Below, in pieces: positions 61,808 to 64,000 of a stretch of DNA of 64,000 bases. The DNA comes from an uncultured Actinomycetes bacterium (GTDB lineage: Bacteria > Actinomycetota > Thermoleophilia > Gaiellales > Gaiellaceae), in assembly GCA_963775505.1 (NCBI GenBank), contig CAVZIL010000009.1:43987-107986 (forward strand), written 5' to 3'. The position numbers and the translations under genes are program-made. A model generated the notes under the pieces. That model did not search any database and was not told the origin of the DNA. It saw only the letters and a list, made by a program, of their open reading frames with translations. Within the stretch, counting starts at the first letter, position 1. Every line of letters begins with the position of its first letter.

Positions 61808-62995
61808 CGCTGGTCTCGGTCGAGCGGGAGGCGCGTGCTGAGGACGAAGCCGCCTCCGGTTGCTGTTCCTGCGCTCATCTCGCCGCCGTAGATCTTGACG
61901 CGCTCGCGGATGCCGACGAGCCCGTGCCCGAGGCCATCGCTTGTCGCGCTGCCCTGGCCGTTGTCGCGTACCTCGATCCCGAGCTCGTGCTGCCCATAAC
62001 GGAAGGTCACATCCGCGTCGCTGGCGTGCGCGTGCTTGAGCGCGTTGGTGAGGCCCTCCTGAACGATGCGATAGGCAGAGAGGTCGACCCCTCGCGGGAG
62101 CGGGAAGGGCTCGCCATCGACATGAAGCTCGACGGGCAGTCCGGCCCGGCCGATCTCGTCCAGCAGTGAGTCGAGGCCGTCGAGGCCGGGCTGGGGCGAG
62201 AGCTCGGCCTCGTCCCCGTCGCGGCGCATGGCGGCCAGGAGACCGCGCATCTCGGCAAGCGCCATGCGGCCGGCGCGCTCGACGTCCCTGAGCGCGTCGC
62301 GGTCCTCGGCCAGCGCATCGGGGAGCTGGTGTCGAACGGCGCCGACCCGGAGCACCATCACGCTGACGGCGTGCGCGACGATGTCGTGGAGCTCGCGCGC
62401 GATCCGCGCGCGCTCCTCCGCCACGGCGACGCGTGCGGCCGCCTCGCGCTCGCTGTTCCGCCTGGGCCGCGCGGAGCTCCGCCGCCTCGGCCTTCTCTGC
62501 ACGCTCGCGCAGGGCGAAGCCGGCGGCCCAGGCGATCCCGAAGTCGACGGGAATGAAGATGAGCTCCGCGGTCAGGTGGCCGGGGATGTTGTAGACGACG
62601 GTCGTGATGCTGCCGAGGACGATCGCCAATCCGGTCCAGGCCAGCCTGATGTCGCGCACGTTCCCGAGCAGGAACGCCGACGCCAGTCCGACGGGGAACA
62701 GGCTGACCATGAACGGGATCAGAATTGGGTCGACGAACGACAGTGCAGCCGCGATGAGCCAGTACGCCGCGGGACCGGCGAACGGGAAGCGCCGGCGGGC
62801 GAAAAGCGGGAGCACCAGGCACGCCACGGCAGGCACCGAGAACCACAACGCCGTGTCAGGCGCGCCGGGCGAGTTTCGTCCGATAACGAGCTCGAGCATG
62901 GCTGCGACGGCCAGGGCGCCGATCAGCAGCTCGAACCAGTACTCGCGCCCGACGTAGCTGATTCTGCTTCGGCTCACGAGCTGAACGTATCGCAC
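61804..62995 (-). CDS. Sensor histidine kinase (HisKA_3 / DesK-LiaS type), frame disrupted between TM region and H-box
   Basis: The TM-rich N-terminus is in the frame of ORF ..62995. The H-box ARELHDIVAHAVS and the HATPase region (VRDNG, GHGLVGIRERV) are in ORF 61804..62502. The frames meet at about 62450-62455. Confidence 0.8.
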
Positions 62996-63172
62996 GGTCG
63001 GACGAATCGCCTCCTACCCGAGTAGGAGCCGGGCTCGTCGGCGGGTCGGAGTTCGAATCGTCGGCAGGTGCAGGCTCGAATCCGGCTTTGCGACGACGTT
63101 TTCTCGACGCCGCGCTCTTAGCGTCGGGGCATGCAATCGCGCCACCAAGCGCCCGGACGAGAAGGAGGAGCC

Positions 63173-63373
63173 ATGAGCCCCACCGCACGGCAGACCCGCG
63201 AGCTCGCCGCCCGCGAGAGCGACGGCATCCACGTCCTCTTGCTCTGGCACCCGCGCGAGAACACCCTGACCGTCTCGGTCGAGGACGCGCGTCTCGGAGA
63301 TCGCTTCCAGCTCGCGGTCCCGCCTGAACGCGCCCTCGATGCCTTCTACCACCCCTTCGCCCATGCCGCGTGA
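63173..63373 (+). CDS. Small conserved hypothetical protein
   Basis: ATG 63173 lies behind GAAGGAGGAG and is 37 nt upstream of the MMPL gene. Product MSPTARQTRELAARESDGIHVLLLWHPRENTLTVSVED... Confidence 0.4.
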   Translation: MSPTARQTRELAARESDGIHVLLLWHPRENTLTVSVEDARLGDRFQLAVPPERALDAFYHPFAHAA

Positions 63374-63410
63374 CGAGGGCAGAAGTCGCCCTCCTGAAAG
63401 GAGAACCGTC

Positions 63411-64000
63411 ATGTTCCGCACGAACCACGGCAATCAGTCCCACAACGTGGCGGCCCGGATGGGTCGCTGGAGCGCCGACCACTGGAAGACAGCGACGTTC
63501 GGGTGGTTGGCGTTCGTCCTCGTCGCCTTCGCTCTCGGCGGCATGACGGGGACGAAGACGATCGATCCGAACGCCGCCGGCCCGGGCGAGTCCGGCCGGA
63601 TGGACCAGATTCTCGAGGCCGGCTTCAAGCAGCCTGCGGCCGAGAGCGTCCTCGTCCAGAGCAGCTCGCTCTCCGCCGCCGACCCCGCCTTCACGGCGGC
63701 GGTCGAGGACGTCGTCGCGCGGGTCTCGAAGCTCGATGCCGTCCAGAACGTCCGCTCGCCGCTTGATCCGGCCAACGTCGGTCAGATCTCCGCCGACGGC
63801 CGCTCCGCGCTCGTCGAGTTCGAGATCCGTGGCGCGAAGGCCGACGCGGCCGAGAAGATCGACCCGGTTCTCGCCCAGGTCGCGGCTGCGCAGGAGGCGC
63901 ATCCGCAGCTCTTCATCGGGGAGTTCGGGTACGCCAGCGCGGCCAAGGCCGTCGAGACCGCGTTCGAGGAGGACCTCGGGAAGGCGGGCGTCCTGTCCCT
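63411..64000 (+). CDS. MMPL-family RND-type transporter, N-terminal part (continues beyond window)
   Basis: ATG 63411 lies behind AAAGGAGAA. I translated the frame and it stays open to the window end. MGRWSADHWKTATFGWLAFVLVAF is followed by a periplasmic-loop-like sequence. Confidence 0.75.
   Translation, partial: MFRTNHGNQSHNVAARMGRWSADHWKTATFGWLAFVLVAFALGGMTGTKTIDPNAAGPGESGRMDQILEAGFKQPAAESVLVQSSSLSAADPAFTAAVEDVVARVSKLDAVQNVRSPLDPANVGQISADGRSALVEFEIRGAKADAAEKIDPVLAQVAAAQEAHPQLFIGEFGYASAAKAVETAFEEDLGKAGVLS

Noticed and set aside
63040-63090. GTTCGAATC and GGCTCGAATCC strings resembling a tRNA T-psi-C arm.
   Set aside because: I could not build a cloverleaf on either strand. The T-stem pairs imperfectly and there is no matching acceptor stem, D-arm or anticodon arm. 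I treat these strings as possible regulator-binding repeats instead.
1-64000. Search for CRISPR arrays, rRNA, tRNA or tmRNA genes, and insertion sequences.
   Set aside because: By eye I recognised no short regularly spaced direct repeats, no rRNA-like conserved blocks, no convincing tRNA cloverleaf and no transposase-like ORF. A tRNAscan/Infernal run would be the decisive check.

Overview
This is a high-GC chromosomal window that looks Actinomycetota-like, though the lineage is only a guess. No rRNA, tRNA, CRISPR array, transposase or integrase was recognised.

**Layout**
- **1-21 kb:** a conserved housekeeping backbone. It runs recG-rsmD-coaD, then yceD-rpmF-plsX-acpP-rnc, then smc-ftsY-ffh-rpsP-KH-rimM-trmD-lepB-lepB-rplS-rnhB-yraN-comM-dprA. 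A small sugar/redox islet interrupts it (ROK kinase, SDR, rpiA, and a sulfite-oxidase-like/ferredoxin-reductase/DUF6510 group).
- **21-43 kb and 50-64 kb:** accessory metabolism and transport.
  - Metabolic genes: an ADH-Fae-enolase-PLP operon, an MIO-less HAL-like gene coupled to a MetE-like gene, an ATP-grasp gene, and a CoA-ligase/VOC/GST/BBE operon.
  - Transport and envelope genes: a Dpp-type ABC importer, an MFS transporter, an aquaporin, MBOAT/SGNH O-acylation genes, and an MMPL fragment.
  - Regulators: an ECF42-type sigma with its DGPF partner, and a NarL-type two-component system.

**Main candidate (43.5-48.9 kb)**
- A stand-alone SIR2_2-type protein is translationally coupled to a 1201-aa protein. 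That protein has an nSTAND-type P-loop NTPase, a single transmembrane helix and about 14 WD40 blades.
- The pair sits behind its own near-consensus promoter with an overlapping inverted repeat.
- I read it as a candidate split SIR2/STAND conflict (defence) module with an unusual membrane-spanning sensor. A convergent membrane-anchored orphan gene abuts it.

**Other observations**
- Two families of structured intergenic repeats of about 110-130 nt, one with compensatory stem changes.
- A 722-aa SMC with no recognisable hinge.
- Several genes whose conserved N-termini are reachable only from CTG codons.
- At least seven single-nucleotide frame disruptions. These point to either consensus indel errors or pseudogenisation and must be resolved before any functional claim.
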